Below, in pieces: positions 13,765-25,600 of a stretch of 64,000 nucleotides of DNA; the first letter of the stretch is position 1, and each line of letters opens with the position of its first letter. Below the pieces are notes generated by a model. The model was not told where the DNA came from. It made no database searches and was given only the letters and a program-made list of their open reading frames with translations. This stretch comes from Mobula hypostoma (taxonomy: Eukaryota). A program made the position numbers and the translations under genes. The DNA lies in assembly GCF_963921235.1 (NCBI RefSeq), contig NC_086097.1, positions 50,160,001 through 50,224,000 on the forward strand. The letters run 5' to 3'.

Positions 13765-16700
13765 GTAAGGCTATTGTTTATTGACTACAGCTTTACCTTC
13801 AGTACTAGAATTCCAACCAAACTCATTTCCAAAGGTACCTCAGTACTCAACACCTCCCTTTGCAACTGGATCCTTGACTTCCTGACCAACAAACCGCAAT
13901 CAGTAAGGGTAGGCAGCAACACCTTCACCCCAATAATCCTCAACACAAGTCTGTGTCCTCAGCCCTCTACTTCTATACCATAAGACACAGGAGCAGAATT
14001 AGGCCATCTGGCCCATCAAGTCTGCTCCACCATTCAATCACGGCTGATCCTTTTTTATTTCTCCTCCTCAAACCCAGTTCCCAGCATTCTCCCTGTAGCA
14101 TTTGATGCCATGTCCAATCAAGAACCTATGAATCTCTGCCTTAAATACACCCACCGACCTGGCCTCCACAGCTGTATGTGGCAACAAATTCCACAAATTC
14201 ACCACCCTTTGGCTAAAGAAATTTCTCTGCATCTCTGTTTTGAAAGGGTGCCCTCTATCCTAAGGCTGGGCCCTCTTGTCCTAGACTCTCCCACCATGGG
14301 AAACATTCTTTCCACATCAACTTGTCTAGGCCTTTCAACATCCGAAAGGTTTCAATGGGATCCCCCCTCATCCTTCTAAATTCCAGCAAGTACAGACCCA
14401 GAGCCATCAAACGTTCCTCGTATGATAACCCTTTCATTCCTGGAATCATCCTTGTGAACCTCCTCTGGAACCTCTCCAATGCCAGCACATCTTTTCTAAG
14501 ATGAGGGGCCCAAAACTGTTCACAATACTCAAGGTGAGGTCTCACCAGTGCCTTATAAAGCCTCAGCATCACATCCTTGCTCTTGTATTCTAGAGCTCTT
14601 GAAATGAATGCTAACATGGCATTTGCCTTCCTCACCACTGGTTCGACCTGCAAGTTAACCTTTAAGGTGTTCTGCACAAGGACTCCCAAGTCCCTTTGCA
14701 TCTCAGATTTTTGGATTTTCTCCCCATTTAGAAAATAATCCGCACATTTATTTCTACTACCAAAGTGCATGACCATACATTTTCCAACATTGTATTTCAT
14801 TTGCCACTTTCTTGCCCATTCTCCTAATCTGTCTAAGTCCTTTTGCATCCTACCTGTTTCCTCAACACTACTTGCCCCTCCACCAATTTTTGGATCATCT
14901 GCAAACTTGGCAATAAAGCCATCTACTCCATCATCTAAATCATTTATTTACAACATAAAAATAAGTTGTCCCAACACCGACCCCTGTGGAACACCACTAG
15001 TCACTGGTAGCCAACCAGAAAAGGATCCTTTTATTCCCACTCGCTGCCTCCTACCAATCAGCCCATGCTCTAACCATATTAGTAACTTTCCTGTAGTAAC
15101 ATGGGCTCTTAACTTGGTAAGCAGCCTCATGTGTGGCACTTTGTCAAAGGCCTCCTGAAAGTCCAAATATACAACATCCACTGCATCCCCTTTATCTATC
15201 CTACTTTTAATCTCCTCAAAGAATTCCAACAGGTTTGTCAGGCAGGATTTTCCCTGAAGGGAACCATGCTGACTTTGTACTAGCTTGTCCTGTGTCACCA
15301 AGTACTCCATCACCTCAGCTTTAACAATTGACTCTAACATCTTCCCAACTTCTGTGATTAGGCTAACTGGTCCATAATTTCCTTTCTGCTGCCTTCCTCC
15401 TTTCTTAAACAGTAGAGTGACATTTGCAATTTTCCAGTCCTCTGACACCATGCCAGAGTCCAACGATTTTTGAAAGATCATTTCTAATACCTCCACAATC
15501 TCTAATGCTACCTCTTTCAGAACCCTAGGGTGCAGTTTATCTGGTCCGGGTGATTTATGTACCTTTAGGTCTTTTAGCTTTTTGAGCACCTTCTCCCTTG
15601 TAATAGTAACTGCACCTACTTCTCTTCCTTCACACACTACATCAGGCACACTGCTAGTGTCTTCCACAGTGAAGACTGATGTAAAATACTCATTTAGTTC
15701 ATCAACCATCTCCTTGTTCCCCGTTATTATTTCTCCGGCCTCATTTTCTAGCGGTCCTATATCCACTCTCATTTCTCTTTTATTTTTGACATACTTGGAA
15801 AAAAAACCTACTCTCCTCTTTGATTATTATTTGCTAGCTTGCTTTCATATTTCATCTTTTCCCTTCTAATGATTTTTTTAGTTGCTTTCTGTATGTTTTT
15901 GAAAACTTCCCAATTCTCTGTCTTCCCACTAACTTTTGCTATGTTGTATTCCCTTTCTTTTGCTTTTACAACAGCTTTGACTTCCCTTGTTGTCCATGGT
16001 TGTACAATTTTACCATTTGAGTATTTCCTCATTTTTGGAATACATATGTTCTGCACCTTCCTCATTTTCCCCAGAAATGAACACCATTGCTGCTCTGCTG
16101 ACATCCCTGCCAGCAGCTCCTTCCAGTTTAGTTTGGCTAACTCCTCTCTCATACCACTGTAATTTCCCTTACTCCACTGAAATACTGCTACATCAGACTT
16201 TACTTTCTCCCTATCAAATTTCGAGTTGAACTCAATCATATTGTGATCACTAGTTCTGAAGGGTTCTTTTACCTTAAGCTCCCTAATCGCCACTAGTTCA
16301 TTACATAACACCCAATCCAGTATAGCTGATCCCCTAGTAGGCTCAACGACAACTGCTCTAAAAAGCCATCTCTTAGGCATTCAACAAACTCACTGTCTTG
16401 AGATCCATTACCAACCTGATTTTCCCAATCGAACCTGCATGCTAAAATCTCCTATGACTACCATAACATTGCCCTTTTGACTTGCCTTTTCTATTTCCTG
16501 TTATAATCTGTGGTCCACCTCCCAGCCACTGTTGGGAGGCCTGTATATAACTGCCATCAACGTCCTTTTACCCTTGCAGTTTCTTAACTCAACCCACAAG
16601 GATTCAACATCTTCCAATCCTGTGTCACATCTCTCTACCGTTTTGATGTCATTCTTTACCAGCAGAGCCACACCACCTCCTGGACACTGAAGATTGTGTG

Positions 16701-17040
16701 ACCAGATTCTGCTCGAACTCCCCCTACAATTTTGCAGGTGACACCATCATAGTGAGCTGTATCTCAAATAATGATGAGTCAGAGTATAGGAAGGAAGCAA
16801 AGAGTAACATCTGTCACGACAACCTTTCCCTCAATATCAGCTAAACAAAAGAGTTGATCATTAACTTCAGGAAGGAGGATGGTGCACATGCTCCTGTCTA
16901 CATCAACAGTGTTGAGCTTGAGAGGGTTAACAGCTTCAAGTTCCAAGGAGTGAACATCACCAGTTGCCTGTCGTGGTCCACCCACATTGACGAGAGAGCC
17001 AAGAAAGCTAACTAACACCTTTAACTACTCAGGAAGTTAA
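13765..17040 (+). mobile_element. Rex1/Babar-type LINE fragment (13765-13978 and 16682-17040), split by a CR1 insertion
   Basis: LFIDYS..LCNWILDFLTN before the insertion. Degenerate FADDT region and downstream RT after it. Confidence 0.7.
13979..16681 (-). mobile_element. CR1 LINE, 5'-truncated ORF2 (endonuclease part + RT) with 3' UTR
   Basis: Minus ORFs 15808-16380 (PTRG..LDWVL, SDHN), 14948-15772 (GVPQGSVLG) and 14255-14848 (RPHLEYC). Confidence 0.93.
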
Positions 17041-18345
17041 AGAATAATAATAATAAAATAATTCCAATTCTAATACCTGTCTAAATGTCTTTTATATGTC
17101 ATCATTGTACCTGCATTCTAGGTCTATTGTAGGCTACAAAGCTGCTGAGGGAAGAAGGGATGGAAATTGCAGGGGCTGTGATCATAATTTTTCAGTTCTT
17201 TATAGAAAATCTGCAATGTTATTCCCCCATTTAAAAAGTGAAGAATAGTCCTGGTAATCATAGGCAAATGGCCTACATCAGTGTGGGAAAGCTTTTGGAA
17301 ACAATCGACCAGGACAAATTAGTTGGCACTTGGATGACATGAGAAACATATTTTATATGGTGAGTTGTTGTGATCTGGAATACACTGAACAAATTCAATA
17401 GAAATGTTCAAAAGATATTTAGATAAGTATTGGAAAAGAAAAACAAATACATGGCCAAGGATAAGATCAAATAGATGCACCAAGGAATTGGGACGATGTG
17501 CCCTGTTCAGTATTGTATTATTCTATGATTCCGTGACATTTCTTAAATGTCATGATGTCATTAGTCCTCTTTGATTCATGGTGTTTCCTGAATAAATAAA
17601 ACATTTAAATATAATAAAGCTACAGTATTAGGAGTGAAAATTATAAAATGTCAAAAATTTCAGAAGTTCTTCCAAAAATGCCATGTAAAAAATGTATTAT
17701 TTTTAAATTCAAAAATTAATGCAAATGAAATATTTTTGTTACTGTGATATTTTGTGAAAAGTGAACTCTCTTTTTATTATAAATTAATTATTTGCATTGA
17801 TTGCTATTTATTTGATTGGATAATGGTAAACACATTTGCTTGTCCATTCATAGAGATAATCTTAGTCTAATAAAGTAGATATTCATCTTTTTATCCAAGA
17901 TGATCAGATCATGTGATGTCTTGTGATTAATGTCAGCTGACTGGAATGCAGCAACAGCAATCCTCTGCTCTGCATTGTGGTAGCTCTTGAGCACAAGGTC
18001 TAATTGTTGAATTTAAATCTGAAGAAACTGCCTTGAATAAAAACAGAAAGGCCTAAAAAAATTTAGCCAATACCTCCCAAAAACTTTACAGGTTATTTAT
18101 ACCATTATGGGGTCCTGTTTGTATAAATTGGAGCAGTATGCTTTGGACACAGTCCACTGTCGCATTCCCAGCCAAAGACGCTCCAAAACATTCTGAAAAA
18201 AGAGCCTAATTCAGGGGAAAATGCCAGTGTTCTCTGGGTATCACAATATTGGTTCCATTCTGCACTACTCTTAGTGTTAAAATATTGGATGAAGTATAAC
18301 TAAATTCTGAATGGCAATTTTTGTTTGTTTACAGTTCATTTTCAG

Positions 18346-18420
18346 ACTTTGTCCATGTATATGCCGAAGTATTTTGACATGGCCCAGGGTAAGATGGTGC
18401 AATCCGGGGACACTACCAGA
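18346..18420 (+). CDS. Candidate internal coding exon (TLSMYMPKYFDMAQGKMVQSGDTTR), gene unknown
   Basis: ttttcag acceptor and gtaaga donor, 75 bp, open in phase 0, in unique DNA. A competing donor lies at 18389. Confidence 0.25.
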
Positions 18421-19113
18421 GTAAGAGGCGCACTGCATTGACATACTACCACTTATTCCCTCCCCCCAGTTGCTTTCGAAATCACTGAGCTGACTTGATC
18501 CTTCTCCCCAGGCGATTTCTATGAGTGCTAATCCAACCTGTCCACTGAACCCCCTTCCTCCCTCTCCAGTTGGTGGAGTTGAGATCTATTTACAAACCTT
18601 TAATGGTGTTTAGAGTTGACATTTTCTTATATCTTGTAACATTATAGATCATAGTCTTGGACTATATATCACAATGTTTATAGACGGGTTTTACAGTCAT
18701 TTCTGAGAATCTTCATAAAGATTATAACTTTATATGAACAGGCTTGAATTGTTTCTCTGAAACTTTACAGAAACTTGCAAAGCAACTACATTTTGTTACT
18801 ATATACTAGACTAAATCAACTGTTTTTTACAGTAACAAAATATTGTTTTATTACTCTGCAATCAGAGAGTTTTCTTGCTGGAATTTTCAAAAGACAGGCT
18901 ACAGCATGAACCCAGTACAGAGCGAGGTTGTTATATTTTGTCTGTTGGGTATAAACAGCGAAAGCATATGTAATGGATATAGAATGAGAAATTTAGATAC
19001 ATTTTCACACCAGACTACATTTAGATGTCCGAATATACATGTTGAAATCAACTCTTAAATTAATTAGGCATTCTTCAGCTAAATGGCAGGAAAAAAACAC
19101 ATTGTTCCTTTTA

Positions 19114-19250
19114 CAACAGGAACTCTGCAGATGCTGGAAATTCAAGCAACACACATAAAAGTTGCTGGCAGCATCTCTAGGAAAAGGTGCAGTCGACGTT
19201 TCAGGCCGAGACCCTTCGTCAGGACTAACTGAAGGAAGAGTGAGTAAGGG
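19114..19250 (-). mobile_element. Short Penelope pLTR terminus with hammerhead motif
   Basis: Near-identical to 31611-31741 and 51892-52024. Flanked by cattgtt(c/a)ctttta at 19100-19113 and 19261-19274. Confidence 0.8.
19191..19226 (-). ncRNA. Minimal type I hammerhead ribozyme (Penelope-associated)
   Basis: Reverse complement reads agtc-CTGACGA-agggtctcggcct-GAAA-c-GTC-gact: conserved core, helix I agtc/gact, short helix II and a GUC cleavage triplet. Confidence 0.75.
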
Positions 19251-19399
19251 GTTACTTTTACATTGTTACTTTTAGCTTGAATTTGAGTGTAAGGCTGTGA
19301 CTTTAAACTAATATCTGCATTTTCATAAAGATGGCAGATTGCAAAATCTAAATGTCATGGGATTTGAAGTGATGTCTTATGCTTCAAAAAATCTCATGC

Positions 19400-20860
19400 T
19401 TTAGCAACCATGGGTCTGCTCCACTAACATAGGCATCAGGAACTAGGCATTATGCCACAGAGAAAATAACGTATTTCAGGTCCAGTGGTCACTCCTTTAT
19501 ATCTCAGGCTTCACCAGAAGATAAAATTAACAGAAGATAATGGAACTGTTGGACTTGTTCTACTAACATCAGGAAGCATGTATCATGTCGCTTTACACAG
19601 TATAACGGAGCTGTAGGTCATGTCACAGTGGCACGGTCTTTAATAGCTATGTGTCTTGTCATTCTAACAAGGTATCAGGAATAATGGGTCATGTCACACT
19701 AACACAGGCTTCAGAAGTCACTAGTCATATCTCATTAATTGCTGGATATAGAAACTATGATATTATCCATTAACTTGGGTCTTAGAAGTACTGTGATATT
19801 CTTCACTAACTCACTTCAAGAGTCATAGGTTATTTTGCATTAACTTTTGGAACCAAGGGTTATGCCACTCCAGAGCAGGGGTTCCCAACCTTTTTCATGC
19901 CATGGAGCCTCACCATTAAACGAGGAGTCCATGGACCTCAGGTTGGGAACCCCTGTGTCTAGAGGTTTGAGGAACTCAGGGTTATGTCACTGTAAGAGTC
20001 ATCGGTCATTCTTCTGAACACCTACTTCCATTAGCCATGCATCGTGTGGGTTATAGTAGACCGGAATTATTTTCACTAACTGCCACCATCATAGAGGCCA
20101 GACTCCAGTAAATTTGATTTATTCCATTTGATATTATAAAATTTCTGGCAGCCCTGGACACACTCCAAATAGCACTGTAGAAGTACCTTGTTTAGAAGGA
20201 CTGCAGTACTTCTAAAAACAGCTCACTGCCACCTTCTGAAGAGGATGTAGGGATGGACAATAAACCTTGGTCCTGTAAGGAGTGCCCAATTACTGTAAGA
20301 TGAATTAATAAAGAACATACACCACCAACACAGACTTTAGGAAGCAGGAGTCTAAACTCATTAACTCAGTATTGATGAAGATGTGGTAACTATAGGTGAC
20401 TACAAAATCATGAAGACAGCATATGTTGGACAAAGACCACACTGCTAGAGGAATTCAACAGGGCTGGCAGCATCTGTGGGGAGAAGGATAGTCAACATTT
20501 CAGTTTGAGACGCTACATCTGGGCTGAAACACAGAAGGCTGACTTTCTCTCTGCCTCCACAGATGTTGCCTGTCTTGAGTTGCACCAACAGTTTGTTTTT
20601 ACCTCTAGGTTCCAGTACCTACAGTCTGTTGTGTCTTCATGAATTCTGAGTTCAAGTTTTTGTTATGTCAAGTGAGTTTATCTAGAATTTAGAAACAAGA
20701 AGATATGTCTTAACGCAATATGTTTTAATCTCCAATTAGTAACATAGTTATCAGAAACTATGGGTCATTAATACAGATTTTAGGAAATAATGGTCAAGCC
20801 ATCTTTTCCCAGGCTTCAGTGGTAAATGTCACATCACATTAACAAAGACTTCCTCAAGCT
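19400..20860. repeat. Decayed ~35-36 bp tandem repeat, interrupted by later insertions
   Basis: Units such as aaccatgggtctgctccactaacataggcatcagg (19406-19440), agctatgtgtcttgtcattctaacaaggtatcagg (19645-19679) and aataatgggtcatgtcacactaacacaggcttcaga (19680-19715). Confidence 0.6.
19876..19955. mobile_element. 80-bp hAT-type MITE
   Basis: Perfect 16-bp TIR caggggttcccaacct / aggttgggaacccctg. Flanks ctccagag and gtctagag resemble an 8-bp hAT TSD. Confidence 0.75.
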
Positions 20861-22842
20861 TGAATCATAGAGGTTGTAGGTGGGATAATACAGACAAATA
20901 AGGCTCAAAGTATTTAATATTTTTTCTAACATACACCTTAATTGAAAGATTAGCTGTCTTCAGACAAAAAGGCTTGCAAGAAAGTGGTACAACAGAGATG
21001 GGGTACAGCAGTGAGAACTGTGGCAGTGGATAGGAGAAGATACAGTGAAGTGGAGATAGTGATCCATAGCAGCACCTGTGGAGGCAAAGGATGGAGATAA
21101 TTGTTATGGAAACAATAGTCTTTGGGGTAGATAGGTGAAGTAGACATTATGATCAGTAAATAGACCATTGGACTAAAGGTAATAATTGGTTTCAAAAGAT
21201 TAAGGGGGGGAATGGGTTTTTTTGGAGAAACTATTGCAGGACATAATGATCAAACAGTTGAAGGTCATCATCTGTGGAGAAATATGAGGGAGTACAGAGT
21301 CCTGGATGACAAATGTTGTAGATGGAAGGAAAGATTGCAGGACTCGAGAGGGCAGTCAGTGAGGAGAATGATTGTGGATAGTGGAGTGGTAGTTAAGGAC
21401 AGATGGTGATGGTGATCATAGGGTAAAGATGATTTTAGGGTAAAGGTGTGAGGTTTTATGGTGTTGCTGTATATGGTGGCCTGTGAAAAGGTCACAGTGG
21501 AGGAAAGCTATGGCATTCAGAATGATATGAACATGAAAGCATTGACAAATCTGAGAGGTATTTCAAGGCAGGTTAGTTGTAAATTAAAAGGGTTATTAAA
21601 ATGGAGTGGAGGTGCTCTTTATGAGGCTTTACAGCTTGATATTACCTATTCACATTCTTCCCTCCATAAAGTATCAGTCCTTGGTGTTACATTTAAATTG
21701 ACATTTGTGATTTATCCAACATAAAGAACATCCCAGGATGGCTTATATGAAATCACTTCTTCAAAAAAAATACTCACAGTATTATTATGAAACTGGGCAA
21801 TGGATTAGAATTAATTTTAGGACTTTAAAGAACAGATTTTAGATTATATTTCACAGTGACTTATAAAGTAACAAATCTCTGGAATGCCTCATACATGGTT
21901 GCATTTTTCATCTAGTATTTTTAACATTTTAGTTAAAGTAATAAAAATAGGGTATTGTAATAATTTAATAGCAGTAACAATATCATTGGATTACATGTAG
22001 CTGGATTCAACCCATTGCTTGGATTCACCATATGACCCTCACTTACCAGTTCTTTTTTACAGTTGTGGAGAGCCAGGCAACAGTGTTATTGTTGGAGAGT
22101 GAAATTAAATTGCAGTAACACTTTTTATGAGCTAACTTAACAGTCACATGATGAATTTCACACACTTATGCCCTGGCGTCATAAATGCCCAAAAGACAAG
22201 AAAGCTCAAAGGCATATTTAACTAGTACACCAACAAAAGGTTTCTATTTCTCTATTAGGAAGCTTAAGAGTCTCATCAGAATTCTAGTCTCGTTAGCAAA
22301 AACCAAACTCTGCACTGACACTGTATGGGTTTAGTCAGGTATGTTTGGGAACTCTCCATCGTCAATATATTTTCTGTAAAATATGTTAAGTAAAATCATT
22401 CTGTACAAAGACAGAATGGGATCAGCCAACAAGTGATGTTTACATACTTACTAAGAGGTGTGAAGGAGCCAAAAAAGATTTTGCCAAGGAAAGATAAATA
22501 AGTGAACTGAGTTGTGCACAAAAGTCACGCAATGTGATATAACTGAGATGCTGGAAATTATAAAGTAATCTATCCTTTGAATGGATTATTCTTGATGAGT
22601 GAACTGATAATGAAAACTTCTCCCCATTTTCTATTGTTACCCTTTGCAGTTTCAAATCTATCAAGAAAGAAATTCTTCTCCAAGTTTGACTCTGAAGATT
22701 AAAAATAAAATTTAAACTAAGTCATCTCTTATCGACCTGAAATAATAACAAGACTTAATACATAAATGCAACATTTGGGACTCTGCCCAGAACAAGATGT
22801 CAGTACAGCCTTTAATAAATGTTTATTGCTTTCTTTGCATAG

Positions 22843-22911
22843 GATTCGCTGTCTTTTTTCAGACTGCCAGGCATTTTAGTTAGCTTACATCAGAAACCAT
22901 GTCTATTTACT
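22843..22911 (+). CDS. Candidate internal coding exon (DSLSFFRLPGILVSLHQKPCLFT), gene unknown
   Basis: ttctttgcatag acceptor and gtaaga donor, 69 bp. Only phase 0 is open. Confidence 0.25.
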
Positions 22912-23059
22912 GTAAGATTTTCAAATGCATTGATAAAAATGTTGGCTTTTTGGTTGGCAGTAACATAATTGTAATGAAATATGCAAAGAAAGTTGAGAAA
23001 GATTTTTAATTAACTGCTAATTTCATGTTATACTTTTAAAGTCTTAGATTTGTGGAATC

Positions 23060-23590
23060 GTACCAATACTGTACAGATACAGACCCTTTGGCCCACTGAG
23101 TCCATCAGGCACCCATTTTTAACACTAATCCCGGCCCAACCCATCTTATTTGGCCAATTTTCCCATCAATGCCCCTCTTGATTCTACCGCTGGAGGCAAA
23201 TTTATGGTGATCAACTAACACACCAACCGCATGTTTTTGCAATGTGGATGAAAACCAAAGCAGCTGAAAAAAATTCTATGTGGTCACAGGGAGAACACAC
23301 ATTCTCCATAAGACATAGGAGCATAATTAGGCCATTCAGCCATCTAGCCTGCTCCACCATTCCATCGTGGCTGATCTATTATCTCTCTCAACCCAATTCT
23401 CCTGCCTTCTTCCCATAACCTTGGACAACCTGACTAATCAAGAACCTGTCAACCTCTGTTTTAAATATACCCCATGCCCTGTATCTAGGCTATTCTCCAT
23501 GCAACAATACCAAAGGTGAGAATGAAACCCAGGTCACTGACCTGTGAGGCAGCAAGTCTATTAACTGCTCTGATATGCCATCCCAGTTAA
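23060..23590 (-). mobile_element. Old tRNA-derived SINE interrupted by a CR1 3' fragment (~23310-23491)
   Basis: SINE-like body (gtggtcacagggagaac) resembles the reverse complement of 48050-48265. The CR1 tail insert is flanked by attctccat at 23301-23309 and 23492-23500. Confidence 0.6.
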
Positions 23591-23689
23591 CGATAATTAT
23601 CATGAAATGATGACAGTTCATTGAAATTATTGAGATTTGCCACCTTAATAGTGGAAGTGAATTCAACTGGTGACTAAAGGAGGCTGAAG

Positions 23690-24180
23690 AGATTATAGAT
23701 GCTGGAGGAACTCAGTGGGCTAGGCAGCATCTGTGGAGGGAAATGGGCAGTCACCGTTTTGGGTTCAGATCTTTCATGTGGACTGAAAGATGGGAGATAA
23801 CCAGTATGAAGAGGTGAAGGGAAGGGCTGAAAAAGAGCTAACAATAAGGTGAGGAGAAGTGATAAGGCAGATGAAGAAGGGAAGAGTGGTAATAGTGACT
23901 GAGGCTGAGAGGTGATAGGTAGAGGCAACAAAGATGATGGGATCTGATAGGGAAAAAGCTGAAGCATGTAATCAAATGAGGAAATTGGAGTGGGGTTTGG
24001 GAGCAGTGAGGGCAGAGTACCCAGTGTGAGTAGTGCGTGGGTGTTGGGTAGATGAAGTAGGAGAGGAGAGGAAAGAAACAGGTTAATGAAAGGCTGGGGT
24101 GGTGTAGGAGGAACTGGGTAAATTGGGAGGAAAGAAAAAAAGGACAGAGAGGGAGCAGTCCATATGAAGTTGGAGAATTA
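23690..24180 (-). mobile_element. Degenerate Penelope pLTR fragment
   Basis: gctggaggaactcag...ggcagcatctgtgg terminus, purine-rich tract, and gaagttggagaatt matching the GIY-YIG ORF end. Confidence 0.65.
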
Positions 24181-24309
24181 CTATTATTAGAGACAAATTT
24201 TCACTACAAAACTGAGGGAAATGCATTGGCAAATGTTTTGACATGCATTCATTCACTCTTAGTTAAATATTCAGTATTTTTTAACCAAGAAATTGATTTT
24301 AAATTTCAG

Positions 24310-24945
24310 TAAGAGGTTAGAAGAACACCCACCAATCTTCATTGAAAGGTTGGCAGTGGAAAGGGCGAGAAGCTTCAAGTTGCTGAATGTTAACATCTCC
24401 TCAGAGGATCTATCTTGGGCCCACTACATTTATGGACATGCCTACATCTCCCCTTCAGTAGGAGTCTGAGGAGATTTGGTATGTCACCAAAGATTACTGA
24501 AATAGTTAATGATATGTGGTGGAGAGCATTCTGACTGGTTGCATCACAGCCTGGTATGGAGCCTCCAATGCACAGGATTCGCAAGAGACTGTAGACTCGG
24601 GTAGTTCCATCACAGGCACAACTCTCCCCACCATCAAGGACATTTTCAGGAGGCAAAAAAATGACATCCATTATGAAGGGCACTCATCATTCCGGACATT
24701 ACTAACATTGGGGAGGAGGTACAGGAGCCTGACAACCCACACTCACTGCTTTTGGCACAGTTTCTTCCTCTCTGCCATCAGATTTCTGAGGAGTCCATGA
24801 ACCCATGAATGCTTCCTTGTTATTCATCATTTGCACAATTTATTTATTTTTGTAATTTATAGTAATTTTTATATCTTGTACTGCACTGCTGCCACAAAGC
24901 AATAAATTTCATGACATACATCAATGGTAACAACCCCGATTCTGA
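24310..24945 (+). mobile_element. Rex1/Babar-type LINE 3' fragment
   Basis: ORF 24516-24800 VESILTGCITAWYG...SFFLSAIRFL. Tail similar to 4440-4610. Confidence 0.75.
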
Positions 24946-25211
24946 TTTGCTTAATATATGAAACAGCTGGGCAAGTCATTGCTACCTGAAGTGTGAAGGG
25001 TCAGTGTGACAGCACCGTTTCTGGACAACTGGTTTATTTACTCCATGTCAGTATTTCATCATTATTGATTTTCTAATTGAAATGTTTTTTTTGCCCTCCT
25101 GTCTTCAGATTCTCCAGTTTTCTGCACAATTTTATGACCTAATAAGTTATTCTGGTCTTTAAACTACAGTAAGTAGCTGTGGAGGAATAATATGAAGATA
25201 CAATCAACAAA

Positions 25212-25600
25212 TGAGGGGAGACCTCATAGAAACATTTCGAATGTTAAAATGCATGGACAAAGTGGATGTGGCAAAGTTGTTTCCCATGATGGGGGAGTCT
25301 AGTACAAGAGGGCATGACTTAAGGATTGAAGGGCGCCCATTCAGAACAGAAATGCAAAGAAGTTTTTTAGTCAGAGGGTGGTGAATCTATGGAATTTGTT
25401 GCCACGGGCAGCAGTGGAGGCCAAGTCATTGGGTATATTTAAGGCAGAGATTGATAGGTTTCTGAGTAGCCAGGGCATCAAAGGTTATGGTGAGAAGGCG
25501 GGCGAGTGGGACTAAATAGGAGAATGGATCAGCTCATGATAAAATGGCGGAGCAGACTCGATGGGCCGAATGGCCTACTTCTGCTCCTTTCTCTTATGGT
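25212..25600 (+). mobile_element. CR1 LINE 3' fragment
   Basis: Reads MRGDLIETFRML..., followed by the CR1 3' UTR. Confidence 0.85.

Noticed and set aside
19400..20050. CRISPR-like periodicity
   Set aside because: The units are degenerate tandem copies with no conserved repeat/unique spacer alternation, there are no cas genes, and the context is eukaryotic.
20950..21620. Purine-rich (G/A) tract with short ORFs
   Set aside because: Low-complexity sequence. I could not establish a period or a coding signal.
25109..25168. Exon-like segment with a good acceptor and a gtaagt donor
   Set aside because: Stops in all three frames. At most a non-coding or pseudo-exon.
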